DNA from: an uncultured delta proteobacterium
GTDB lineage: Bacteria; Myxococcota_A; Polyangia; Palsa-1104
Direction of reading: 5' to 3'
Length of the DNA: 64,000 nt
Assembly (NCBI GenBank): GCA_963785725.1
Contig: CAWAWS010000022.1
Span: 160,001-224,000, forward strand
Both the position numbers and the translations under genes were made by a program. Positions 20,555 to 30,393 of the stretch are shown here, one piece after another; position 1 is the first letter of the stretch; every line of letters starts with the position of its first letter. A model generated the notes under the pieces. That model was not told the DNA's origin, did not search any database, and worked only from the letters and a program-made list of their open reading frames with translations.

Positions 20555-21384
20555 CGTCGCCTCTCGTCCGCTGCCGCGCCAGCGTCGCGGGCGGTCGCGC
20601 CGCTGCCGCGCAAGCGGAGTGGACGGCTGGCGCCGCGGGCTCGCCGATAGACCAGCGCCAAAAAGCGCGACCCATCCGAGCCGAGGGGCACGCCCATGCG
20701 TGCGGCCAAAAGCGGCGCCAGCTGTTGCGCCAGCTCGGCCTCGCGCGCCAGCGACAGCGACTGCTTACGTCGCAGGAACAGCTCGATGGCCTCGAGCTCG
20801 TCGGGCGATAAGGGCGGCCGTGGCGGCAGCTCGTCGAGCTCCTCGGCCGAGAAGGCGAACGTCAGCGGCGCCGCGATGCTGCCGCGCTCTTCGATCACGA
20901 CCAGCGTGCCCGCGACCAGGTCGCCGAGGCGCCGGAAGTGCCCGTCGACGGTCATGACGATGAGGCCGAGCGCGTAGCCGACGGGCAGAAAGTCTGCCGC
21001 GCGCAAGAGATTACGCAGAACGCTGTCGACGAACGTGATGGGATAGCCGCCCTCTTTGATGACGCGCAGGCCGAGCGCGAGCTTGCCCAAGGTGCTGCCG
21101 CCGAACAGCGTCTCGCAGGCGACGTAGTAGCCCCACTCGAGCGCGAACATCGCCAATAGGAGCACGCCAGTGGTGCCGTGGCGGTCGATACCGAGCAGCA
21201 CACCGAGCGCGAACAGCACGCCGGCGATGGCCCCGCGGATCAGGAGATCGATGAGATAGGCGATGGCGCGCCGGGTCGGCCCGGCGACGGCGAAGCGAAA
21301 GCGGACCTGCTCGGGCGTCGCTACGTCGACGGTGTTGTCGAGCCCGGCACGGCGAGCGTGGTCGGTCGTGCGAGGCGGACGCAA
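20551..21384 (-). CDS. RDD family protein
   Basis: TPEQV.F..AGP.RRAIAYLID, GSTLGK..LGLRV, RRLGDLVAGTLVV. Confidence 0.92.
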   Translation of the reverse strand: MRPPRTTDHARRAGLDNTVDVATPEQVRFRFAVAGPTRRAIAYLIDLLIRGAIAGVLFALGVLLGIDRHGTTGVLLLAMFALEWGYYVACETLFGGSTLGKLALGLRVIKEGGYPITFVDSVLRNLLRAADFLPVGYALGLIVMTVDGHFRRLGDLVAGTLVVIEERGSIAAPLTFAFSAEELDELPPRPPLSPDELEAIELFLRRKQSLSLAREAELAQQLAPLLAARMGVPLGSDGSRFLALVYRRARGASRPLRLRGSGATARDAGAAADERRR

Positions 21385-21395
21385 CGTCGTCGGAC

Positions 21396-21962
21396 TTAGA
21401 GCTGCTCGAGCGTGATCACCTTGGTACCGGCGATCAGGTCGTGAAGGCAGCGTCGCTGGGTGGTGAAGATCGCGAGCGCGTCGATGGAATTATAGATGTT
21501 GCCGATCGACTGCAGGCCGATCGCGGTCAACGCCGTGCCGGCGAGGAACGGCACCCACGTGCGCAGCAGCACCGCCGACACGAAGTCGACCGGGCTGCCG
21601 TCCAATTTGACGATCTTGATCTTGCTCCAGCGCTTGCCGAGCGACTGACCGGTCGTCGTCTCCAGGTACCACTGGTAAATGGCCAGCGGGAGGCAAGCGA
21701 TGAAGACGGCAGCGAACAGCCCCAGCATGCGCGCCGGTGACTTGAGCGCCGCCGGATCGAACGGAGCCGAGCGCAGGAAAATGCCGACGAAGGCGCCGAT
21801 GACCAGCAACGGCATGAAGAGCAGCCCGTCGAGCATGCGGGCGCCAAAGCGGGTCCAGCGGCCCGCCAGCTGCCCGCCGGCTCCGTCGGGGATCAGGCGA
21901 GGATCGAGATTGGCCGTGGGCGGAGCAAACGGATCGAGCGGCGCGGGTGATGAATTAGCCAC
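21396..21962 (-). CDS. RDD family protein
   Basis: DPFAPP, LAGRWTRFGARMLD, GQSLGKR..KIKIV, RRCLHDLIAGTKV. Confidence 0.9.
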   Translation of the reverse strand: MANSSPAPLDPFAPPTANLDPRLIPDGAGGQLAGRWTRFGARMLDGLLFMPLLVIGAFVGIFLRSAPFDPAALKSPARMLGLFAAVFIACLPLAIYQWYLETTTGQSLGKRWSKIKIVKLDGSPVDFVSAVLLRTWVPFLAGTALTAIGLQSIGNIYNSIDALAIFTTQRRCLHDLIAGTKVITLEQL

Positions 21963-22189
21963 TAGGACACCTCGATTTTGGACAAAATCCGAGCATCTAT
22001 TCCACGCATCGAGGCGTCAAGCGAAAGCTGTCGCCGATTGTGATCGCGAACACCAAGGTCCGCGCGCCGCGGACCGGCTCGCCCACCGCAGCGTACACGG
22101 GCGCCAGGCGATCGCGTCGATCCGGTCCTCGCGACATCGCCTTTCCGCTTTCAGAACCAGAGAGGCGGATTACCGCGAGATCGACGACT

Positions 22190-22714
22190 TCATGACCGTT
22201 CGACGCTCGCGCCCAGGCTGACGAGAAGCTCGTCCAGTTGCTCGAACGTCTCGCCCATTGCGCTCTCCATCCCGGCGTTGGCTTCGAGCGCTTCCTTCGA
22301 GGGATAGAGCTCGTGCAGGACCAGCAGCGTCTTGCCGCCTTTGTCCTCGAAGGTCACTGTGGTGACGGCGCCGCCAGCACTCTCGTCATTGGTCCATACG
22401 AGGCGCGCGTGCGGTGTCACCTCGAGGTACTTCCCGTGGAACGCCACCGGCTCGGCGTCGCCGTGGCTGTACACGAAGCGGTAGCCGCCGCCGACCCGGA
22501 CATCCGCCTCGCAGGAGAGCAGGGACATCCCCATCGACTCCATCGACTTCGGTGCCCACCACCGCTTGAGCAGCTCGGGCTTGGTCCACGCCTCGAACAC
22601 GATGCGCGCCGGGCCGTTGAAGGTTCGCGTGACCACCAGCTCTCGCTCGGACTTCCGTTCCACCGTCGTGTGGCTCTTCATGGCAATGGGCTCACTCTCT
22701 CTTTTTGTGTCCAT
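22190..22714 (-). CDS. SRPBCC/AHSA1 family protein
   Basis: RELVVTRTFNGPARIVFEAWTKPELLKRWWAP, DVRVGGGYRF. Confidence 0.93.
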   Translation of the reverse strand: MDTKRESEPIAMKSHTTVERKSERELVVTRTFNGPARIVFEAWTKPELLKRWWAPKSMESMGMSLLSCEADVRVGGGYRFVYSHGDAEPVAFHGKYLEVTPHARLVWTNDESAGGAVTTVTFEDKGGKTLLVLHELYPSKEALEANAGMESAMGETFEQLDELLVSLGASVERS

Positions 22715-23058
22715 CGGCTTTCTCCTTCCGTTTCAGCTCCTCGACAACCTGGTCCAACGCATCGAAGCGTGCGTCCCAGAGCTGGCGGTACCTCTCGAAT
22801 CCATGCCGTCTCTTCCTCGAGTCGGCGCCGGCCGAGCTTGCAGGTCCGCACGCGCCCGACCTTCTCCGTGGTGACGAGCCCCGCCTGCTCCAGCACGCCC
22901 ACGTGCTTCTTCATGCCCGTGAGGGTCATGTGGAACTTCTCGGCGAGGTCGGTGATGGAAGCGTCGGCACGTCCGAGCTGCTCCAGAACGCCACGTCGGG
23001 TGGCGTCCGAGAGCGCGGCGAACGAGACATTTAGGCCGGCCTTCGAATGCTGAACCAT
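22692..23058 (-). CDS. ArsR/SmtB family transcriptional regulator, apparent +1 frameshift near 22799
   Basis: FAALSDATRRGVLEQL, MTLTGMKKHV.VLE.AGLV..EKVGRVR. The family-typical C-terminus IERYRQLWDARFDALDQVVEELKRKEK...* continues in another frame after one extra T (TGG ATT CGA). Confidence 0.88.
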
Positions 23059-23499
23059 CTGGTTCAGTGTTTACCGCGCCGGTTGGCCGCATGCAAGGGG
23101 AAACGCTCGCGTCGTCGCTGCCATTCGAGTCGGCGTTGGCCCCATCGACCTTCGGCCGCTGGGCGTGATCGCCGGCGACAATGAGCGGCGCGGGGACGCT
23201 GCTCATTGCGAATAAGATTCCGGGTATCGGACGCCGCGAAGGCGACGCTGCGGAATGCGGTGGGACGTCCTTGACCTCGGCCGCCCGCATCAAGTGTCGT
23301 TGCCTTTACGCTGGCGCTGGAGTGATCCCGAGGATCGAACCCAGACGGCCGCACGCGCCATCGTCGCGCGCAATTGAAGACAACACCAAAGACGCGACTC
23401 TCATTCCGTCGCCAGAAGAGCGTGTAATCGCGTTCGCGCGTCACGTCCGCTACGCAGCGCCGCCGCCCCGATCAGCGCGAGTTGTCGCGATTCGCCGCT

Positions 23500-23515
23500 T
23501 GGCACGTCTCTTCCA
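23500..23515 (+). promoter_or_regulatory. Putative sigma-54 (-24/-12) promoter
   Basis: TGGCACG-tctc-TTCCA versus consensus TGGCACG-N4-TTGC(A/T), one mismatch. Lies ~30 bp upstream of ATG 23547 with an AGGAGGG RBS between. Confidence 0.4.
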
Positions 23516-23546
23516 AGAGGCGCATCGCCAGGAGGGCGCAGCCATC

Positions 23547-24113
23547 ATGATTGAAGCGCATGTCGAAACGCTGGCTCGCGAATCATCTTCGGTCCGCGAA
23601 CGCGAGCGCGCACCCGCTGTCGGCTTGCCCACGTGGGCGACGCCCGCGATCGTCGTCGCCGCGACGGGGTTGTTCGCGCTGGTCGTCAATCTCGTCCATC
23701 TCGGCTTCGCCAAACAATGGACTGATCCCATCGGCTACGTCGGCGCGATCTTGAAGCCGCTCATCCTCACGCTGCCCGGTTACCTCGTGCTGCGCCTCGT
23801 GCTCGGTGGCGCCAAGCTGGAAGAAGAGCTCGCCGGCATCGCGCGTGCGCTCCAGCACGCCTCGCTCGCGATCGCCTGTTATGCGCCGGTGATCTGGTTT
23901 TGCCTCGTGACCTCGCCGACGCCGACCTTCCCGATTCTCGCGTTCTCGTTTGGCGCGATTGCGTTTTGGGTGCCGCTCGCCTACGACGTCGCGCGCCGGG
24001 TTGCGCGTGACCGCGGCGGCCTCGTCACCGCGCTGTGGCTGCTCGTGATGCTGTTCACTGAAGCGCGATCGCTGCTCGGCTGGCTCGCGTCGAACCTGGG
24101 GAGGGTGTCATGA
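23547..24113 (+). CDS. Hypothetical multi-TM membrane protein
   Basis: ATG after AGGAGGG, about five hydrophobic helices, ATGA-coupled to the next gene. Confidence 0.75.
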   Translation: MIEAHVETLARESSSVRERERAPAVGLPTWATPAIVVAATGLFALVVNLVHLGFAKQWTDPIGYVGAILKPLILTLPGYLVLRLVLGGAKLEEELAGIARALQHASLAIACYAPVIWFCLVTSPTPTFPILAFSFGAIAFWVPLAYDVARRVARDRGGLVTALWLLVMLFTEARSLLGWLASNLGRVS

Positions 24114-24754
24114 TCGCAGCCGTTCGTCGTATTGCCGACTTGATTCGACCTGGCGCCGAGTCGTCTTCCGATCCGCGCGACACGCTCGCGATCGACCTAC
24201 TGGTGTCGACCATCGGACTCGGCCTCTTCGGCGTCGCGATCGCGGCGCACGGTGGTCTCGGCTGGCGACTCCTCGTCGGCGGCAAGGTCGCGCTCGCATT
24301 CTTGCTCGCGTTCGTGCTGGCGCTGGCGCCGCTCTACGCATTGACGCGCTTCTTCGAGGTCAAGACCGCGTTCGGCGAGATCGTCGGCGCATTCGCCCAC
24401 CATCTGGCGCTCGGTGGCATCTTCGCCGCTTCGTTCGCGGGGCTGTTCTGGCTGGTGCGCCGCGGCGATCCGGCGTTCGACGGCGCTCTCACGCTCGGCT
24501 TCGTCGCCTTGATCTTGGTAGCGGTCCTCGTCTTTCGTGCGCGCAGCGGCGTGCGCTGGTTGCCGCCGTTTCCGGCGCTGCTGGCGGTCACGCTCTTCCT
24601 CGGCATGCTCGCCCAGAGCGCCTGGGCGCTCCGGCCGTATATGGACCCGCACGCGCCAACCCTGTTCGAAGCGAAGGCCGAATGGTTCAGCGGCGCCGGG
24701 CGCGCGCAACTCGAAGACGCGATCCGCACGCTCGGCGCGTCAGACCAGCACTGA
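24110..24754 (+). CDS. Hypothetical multi-TM membrane protein with C-terminal Q.AW.LRP(Y/F) motif
   Basis: About five TMs and GMLAQSAWALRPYMDP, a motif seen in a conserved Yip1-like bacterial family (recalled, not searched). Confidence 0.75.
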   Translation: MIAAVRRIADLIRPGAESSSDPRDTLAIDLLVSTIGLGLFGVAIAAHGGLGWRLLVGGKVALAFLLAFVLALAPLYALTRFFEVKTAFGEIVGAFAHHLALGGIFAASFAGLFWLVRRGDPAFDGALTLGFVALILVAVLVFRARSGVRWLPPFPALLAVTLFLGMLAQSAWALRPYMDPHAPTLFEAKAEWFSGAGRAQLEDAIRTLGASDQH

Positions 24755-24761
24755 GGCCAAG

Positions 24762-25374
24762 ATGAGCATCGCGTTCTCGCTCGCGATCTACCTCATCATC
24801 GGAGTTGCCGCGTGCGCGTGGCTAAAGAGCCAGGCACGACTTCCGCCCGGCTTGACTGCCCAAGTCACCGCAGTTTTCATGTGGCCCGCTTACGTTCCGG
24901 TGAGTCTAGCCGCTGCGCCGCGGCATTCGTCTCCGCAGAGCCGCCGGCCTGCCGCAACCACGCGACGCCGCATTCGAGAGCGTGCGGCGTCAGCTCCAAC
25001 GAATGCCGCTCGAGCCGGCGCGGAGACGCGACCACCTCGCCGTGGTCGATGGCCTCGAGCGCGCGTTCATGGATCGCAGAAACGAAATCGCGCGCTGGCG
25101 CTCCGCGCGGTCGCGCCTGGCCGAGCTGGCGGCCGAGGTCGGTGGCGACGGCCGCGCCTTCGCCGCCGAGGAGAACGCACGGCTAGAGCGCGCCGCAAAC
25201 GACGCCGAGCGCGACCTCGCGCACGCGCGCGAATCGATCGTGCGGCTGACTTTGCGCCTCGAAGTCTTCGGGTTGCGCACCTCGCACGAGTCACTTGACG
25301 GCGAGCTCACGACCTTCGTCGATGAGATCGACGCTCTCCTCAACGCGCGCGAAGAAGTCGAACGCGTCACCTGA
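24762..25374 (+). CDS. N-terminal TM hairpin plus coiled-coil protein, apparently frameshifted near 24950-24975
   Basis: MSIAFSLAIYLIIGVAAC...FMWPAYVP in one frame, and the coiled coil RRQLQRMP...EIDALLNAREEVERVT in the next frame. Confidence 0.65.
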
Positions 25375-25724
25375 TGGGGGGCGCCGAACCTCCGACCTCT
25401 TGTAGCGCGTTGCAGACCGCGAGCGCGCCTAGACCAGTGGGAATTGTGCCCCGTAGGTTGTCAGAATTCTCCGCCGCGCAATTCTGCCAACCACGGAGGG
25501 CCAGCTGCGATCGCTCGAGCGGCAACGCAGCGCCGGCGGCACCGACTGTGGTGTCGACAGCGGCAGCGCCGCATGAAGCAGCGAGATCTGTTCCGCTCGA
25601 TCGTCACGCCAATAAGGATCTCCGCTGTCGCCATGTCCACTGACCGGCAAGGTACGGCGCCATTCCATGCCGGAGAGCTCGTCGTCGCTGACCAGCAGCG
25701 GCGAGAGTGGACCGCGGGCCAGCA

Positions 25725-26351
25725 CTATCGCTCGGGGAGCAAAGTGGTAATCCGATTGGTCCATCCTGTGGCGAGGTCGCCTCCACAATCGAAATCGGTT
25801 GCGATCATCTTTTTGATGTCGTGCGCAGCAGCGTATGTGGGAAGCCACGCCGAAGCTCCTGGCCTCGACTCGCACAATCGCATGAGCGCCGAAAGGAGCT
25901 TTTTGGAGTAGGCAGCGAAGCTTTCGGGTGGCCAGCCCAGCTGAGAGACGGCGGCGATATCGACCGCACAGCGCCGGTCGATGCGCTCACGGGCTCGGGA
26001 ATCGAAGTCCGGATCGGTGAGCGACGCGACGGCAGCGAGCTGTGGCGAAACCCAGCAAGGGCGATCGAGTGCAGCCCAGAGCGCCTCCAATCGCACGCGG
26101 TTCTTTCCGAACACGAGAAGCGCGACCGCTCCCACAAGTTGAGGTTTCCAGCTGTGATCAGAAAGGAGGGCCGCCAGCTCGGCATCGAGGCAACTGCCGC
26201 TTCTTTGGCCTGAAGTGCGCAGTTGCTCGATCGCTGCACGCGACTCTGAGGCATAGAACAAGTTCAGCAAGCACAGGTAGGCGGGCGGGGAATCGCTACG
26301 GCTGGCGGTGAACATAGGCTCGAAGGACGGAAAACGGGCGAGCTGTTCCAT
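25725..26351 (-). CDS. Hypothetical protein (helical, possibly DUF6000/immunity-like)
   Basis: 208-aa ORF with a GGTGA RBS-like element and atypical codon use. LLSDHSWKPQLVGAVA...WVSPQLAAVASL.DPDF. Confidence 0.65.
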   Translation of the reverse strand: MEQLARFPSFEPMFTASRSDSPPAYLCLLNLFYASESRAAIEQLRTSGQRSGSCLDAELAALLSDHSWKPQLVGAVALLVFGKNRVRLEALWAALDRPCWVSPQLAAVASLTDPDFDSRARERIDRRCAVDIAAVSQLGWPPESFAAYSKKLLSALMRLCESRPGASAWLPTYAAAHDIKKMIATDFDCGGDLATGWTNRITTLLPER

Positions 26352-26374
26352 AAGTCACCATTGTACCCCCTTCA

Positions 26375-26602
26375 TTACGTCGACGAGGGGCGCCTCAATG
26401 CGCAAAGCGCGGCGACAGGGTTGCGCGTCGTGAGGAGATTGGACCACTCGCCGTCGAGCTGGCTGCGGAGCGAGACGCCAGTGAAGTTCCAGAAGCTGCC
26501 ACCGACATAGAGGTTGTGCACGCGGGGATGCGCAATGACCGATCCGCCGTGATTAAGCATGGCCTCGGGGCAAGTGTCATTGGCGTGCGCGGTCGATGAC
26601 AA
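26375..26602 (-). pseudogene. Truncated fragment of a secreted Phi-1/EXORDIUM-like domain gene
   Basis: AHA|NDTC...LNHGGSVIAHPRVHNLYVGGSFW resembles the YHGGPV...V..IYWG..W start of that domain. Terminates after about 75 codons. Confidence 0.4.
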
Positions 26603-26926
26603 TGCGATGGCCGACGTGCCTTGGATCGCGAACGAGGCGAGCCTTGACCTGGACCTGTCGCAATGCCGTTCGGTTAAGACTAACCTTGGATCATTCGATC
26701 ACTTGCATGTATGCCCACCGTCGCCAATTCGGCCGCGCAGCGATCGGCTGTCGTCGGGGTCGCTATCGGCAATTGGCGCTAGCCCCCGATTCAGTCGCGC
26801 CAGGCGAGCCACGCCGATCGCTGGAAGACTGCATGATCGGCGCTAGCGTAAGCGCAGCCGATTCCGTGCCGCGCGAGTCACAGACGGGAACGACACGCAC
26901 GGCTAAGGTCGCGGCAAGGAGAAGCC

Positions 26927-27781
26927 ATGACCATGACCGAATTCGCGCCCAGGATGCTTGCCGCCTCGCTCGTGCTCGCCGTCGGTTGCAGCGCGGCGCC
27001 CGAACGCCCGGAGACGCTCGCCGCCGAGCAAGCCGCCGCCGCCGACCCGCTCGTCGCCGGCAATCGCAGCGCCGACAGCGCGCTCAACTTGATCACGCGC
27101 GTCAAGAGCGCGACCGGCAGCATCGTCGAGTTCTACGAGCCGACGCCTGGCGACGTCATCATCAGCGAAGCCGGCGGCGACGGCGTGCTGCCCGTGCGCG
27201 ACGATCTGCGCAAGCTCATGCCGACGGCGGTCTATCAGCTGGTCGCGCCGCAGCTTCCGGTACCGGACAAGCTGCGGGACGCTGAGCTGCGCCTGCGTCA
27301 GCTGGCGTCGTCGTCGCCGACGCGAGCGTCGTCCGCCGCGAGCGCGCCCGCGGCGCCGACGACTGCGCCGGCAATCGTCAACCACACGGTGAGCCCGCTC
27401 GCCGTCGATCCCAACGCCTTCTGCGGCCGCCAATGGTTCACCGACAACGTCAACGACGCCAGCTTCGACTGCAGCGGCTCCGGCGCCCCCTTCATGTGGT
27501 GCCAGTACGACATCGGCACCGGCGCGTCGGCGCAAGGCAACAACATTTACCTGGACGCTGCCGAGCTCTGCGTCGCGGCCGGCAGCGGCAACGAGCTCAC
27601 CGTCAGCCGCCAGGGCGACGACAACTCGGGCGGCGCCTGGAGCATGCCTTCGCCGAGCTGGCGTTGGTTCTCGCACCTGGCCGCGTTCAACCTTTTCATC
27701 GGCTACAACCACTACAACATTCAGGTCGTCGAGAGCGGCAGCTGGGGCGACGTTCAGTTCGCCGGCCACTTCGCCTGGTAG
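26927..27781 (+). CDS. Hypothetical lipoprotein
   Basis: AAGGAG RBS, lipobox LAVG|C, GSIVEFYEP.PG...ISEAG, Cys/Trp-rich beta C-terminal domain. Confidence 0.8.
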   Translation: MTMTEFAPRMLAASLVLAVGCSAAPERPETLAAEQAAAADPLVAGNRSADSALNLITRVKSATGSIVEFYEPTPGDVIISEAGGDGVLPVRDDLRKLMPTAVYQLVAPQLPVPDKLRDAELRLRQLASSSPTRASSAASAPAAPTTAPAIVNHTVSPLAVDPNAFCGRQWFTDNVNDASFDCSGSGAPFMWCQYDIGTGASAQGNNIYLDAAELCVAAGSGNELTVSRQGDDNSGGAWSMPSPSWRWFSHLAAFNLFIGYNHYNIQVVESGSWGDVQFAGHFAW

Positions 27782-27928
27782 CGCGCTCTACGGCATGTCC
27801 GGCATGCCCGGCGAGAGCGCGCGCAGGTGCCAGTCACGCGCTGAGCCGCAGCGCAGCGCCTAATCGCAATGCCGTGGAAACGGCGGGGCGCTAGAATATT
27901 TCCCGGCTTTCCGGTCGAATCGACGCGA

Positions 27929-28999
27929 CTACGGCGTCGGCGTCACCTCGACGAACGTGACGGGCTCGGTAATGACCGCTGGCACGGCCGACAGGCTCCA
28001 TCCGAGCACGACGGGCGAGCTGCGCAGGAAATAGCCGTCGACAACTGCGCCGGAATGCATCAGTCGTTGCACTGGCACGTCATCGGCTGTGACATGCGCG
28101 TTCAGTGCGCTGCGACTGAGGCGATAGTGGCTGCCATGGACTTGCACTGCATCTGCCGTGCACGGCGAAATGCGCATCGTCAGAAGCTGGTCCTTGATCG
28201 CCACCAGCCGATCGACTGCGGCCGTCAGTGGCCCGGAGACGCGCTGCACCAGCTCGAAGCGGCAATTCCCACCGACAGTGTGAGCACTCACTCCGCTGGT
28301 CACCAGGTCGTACGTGCCACGGTCGCCAGCGAAGCTCATCACCTGAGCCGTCGATGGTTCTCCTGGATTACCGCTCAGCTCGAAGTCCTGGCGCTCACCG
28401 CGAATTACTTTCGTGACGACCCGGCGCACGAATGTCGCCGACAAATAGGCGCGCAACACTTCTAACTGCCCGGGCGCATAACTGGGATCTTTTGCCGCAT
28501 CGAGTGTGCACGACCGCAGGGCTAGTCGCGCCGCCTCCTTGAGGGCAGGAAACGGATCGCCGGCACCGACGCTTCCATCCACCACCGGCACGTTGCGCCC
28601 CAGCTTGGCTAGCAACGCCTTTACGGGCGGACCAGGCGAAACCACCACTACAACATCGGCAGCGCGTAGCAGATCAATGAGGTCGTCGTCGTCGACGCCC
28701 TCGCCCCAGACGGTGTCGACGGCAAAGCGTACGGTCAGTCCGTTCACCTGTGGCAGACTGGGGGCGAACGAGTAGGCGCGCCTAGTCAGCGTGCCGTGAT
28801 GAATATCCATGATGGACGAGATCTGTTCCGGTTTGGTTTTCTCCCAAACGGTCTTTGTCCAGTGTTGAGCCGTCGCTGTGTCACCGATGAAGGCGATGTG
28901 CAGCGTCATTTCCTTATGCTCGTGATCGACGAACAATGCAGAAGCCTCCCGCGGTAAGAGCGCAAGCAGTGTCACGGCGGCGGCGATGAACCCCTTCAT
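27929..28999 (-). CDS. Exported protein: degenerate MglA-like (small GTPase fold) domain plus possible SUFU-like C-terminal domain
   Basis: Signal peptide ending ASA. The mature sequence aligns by eye with MglA along its length but lacks G1 and G4. YDLVTSGVS...RFEL and VTFVEVTP in the C-terminal half. Confidence 0.75.
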   Translation of the reverse strand: [356 protein letters not shown]

Positions 29000-29271
29000 C
29001 GCCGCACTCTATCTGGAAAGCCACTGCCGATCGAGGCGAGAGAGCCGGATGGTCCGCGCTCTCTGCCGCCGGCACGACGCGTTTCGCCGAACGAAAACCG
29101 TGAATGCGCGTACGTGAGCGAGTACCTCTCCGATCGCACCAACGACCGAAGGGCTCGAGGTCGCGCCGCTGGCGGGGCTCAGTGTGTTGACTTCACCGCG
29201 ACGCTTCGTTCGACGCACGCCGAGACCAAGATCGTCCACGCCACGGTCGGCCCCGGAATCGCATCGCCGTC

Positions 29272-29856
29272 GTCTACTCCGCGGGCTCGTTCCCGATCGC
29301 GGTTTTCGGCGGCGACATCAACGGTGACGGCAAGCTCGACCTGCTCGCCCTCAACGCCAGCTCGAACCTGGGCGTGCTCCTGGGCAACGGCGACGGCAGC
29401 TTTCAGCCGCAAATTACCTTGCCGTTGGCCCCGGCATTCCTCGCCTCGGCGACTTCAACGGCGACGGCAAGCTCGATGTCGTCATGGGGGGCGGCGACAC
29501 GGTCAGCGTGCTGCTCAACAACACCGTGTGCGAATGCGGCGCGCTCGGCGAGCCGTGCTGCGGCGGCACTTTCTGCACCGGCGCGACGTTGATGTGCTCC
29601 CCGACCGGCGAGGCGCTGGGCGTGCCCGCTTGCGGACACCGCGACGAAGCCTCACACGTGCACCAGCGGCCTGGCCTACGAAGGCTTGCGCTGCGTCTCC
29701 GCGAGCTGCGTCGAGTGCGGCGACGATCTGTCGAGCTGCGTCGCCGGCTGCGCGACCGATCCCACGCACGAGGCCATGTGCGACTGCTTGTGGGAGGGCC
29801 AATCCTGCGGCACCTGCGAATTCGACGTCTGCCCACGAAGTGAGGTTTCGAGGTAG
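29272..29856 (+). pseudogene. FG-GAP/VCBS repeat protein remnant with Cys-rich tail (5'-truncated, at least two frameshifts)
   Basis: GDINGDGKLDLL...VLLGNGDGSFQ / GDFNGDGKLDVV...VSVLLNN / CGALGEPCC in successive frames. No N-terminus. Confidence 0.7.
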
Positions 29857-30219
29857 GGACAGCACTCGGCCTGCACGCGCTTGTGTGGGCGCCCGCGCTG
29901 CTCCTGCCATGGGCGGCGTCGCGGACGACGCGCCGCCCGGGCAACGAAGCGGCGCTGGCGGCGGCGCTGTGCGTGATGATGCTCATCTTCCTCGCCCAGG
30001 CGGGCATCGAGCAAAGCGACCCGCCAGCGGCGGCGCTGGCGGCGACGGCGTGGATGCTGGCGGTGGCCGAGCGGCGCGCCGTCTTCGTGGCGGTGGCGTC
30101 GCTGGCCAGAAGGGGGCTCCCCGTGGATTTCAGCCGCGTTCGGCCGTCCGTGAAATTTGTAGGCGTTCGACAAACAGCGTCGTAGCGGCGGTGGATCGAT
30201 CGGCTATTCGTTCGCTGCA

Positions 30220-30340
30220 ATGGGCACGAGCACCACGCGAAGTATGGATCCGGCGGGTCGAGCGCTGGCGTGACAGCGGCCTGAGCGTGAAGGAGCTCGC
30301 GGAGCAGGCCGGCGTGGATTCGGACCGGCTCCGCCATCAG
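30220..30340 (+). mobile_element. IS66-type accessory gene (tnpA/orfA) 5' remnant
   Basis: ARAPREVWIRRVERWRDSGLSVKELAEQAGVDSDRLRH matches the W..RVERW..SGL...EFA...G HTH of IS66 TnpA. No tnpB/tnpC follows. Confidence 0.55.
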
Positions 30341-30393
30341 ACGGTGTCAGCCGCTGTCACCGGGTGACGGTGCCTTCGATGCGAAGTCGACCC

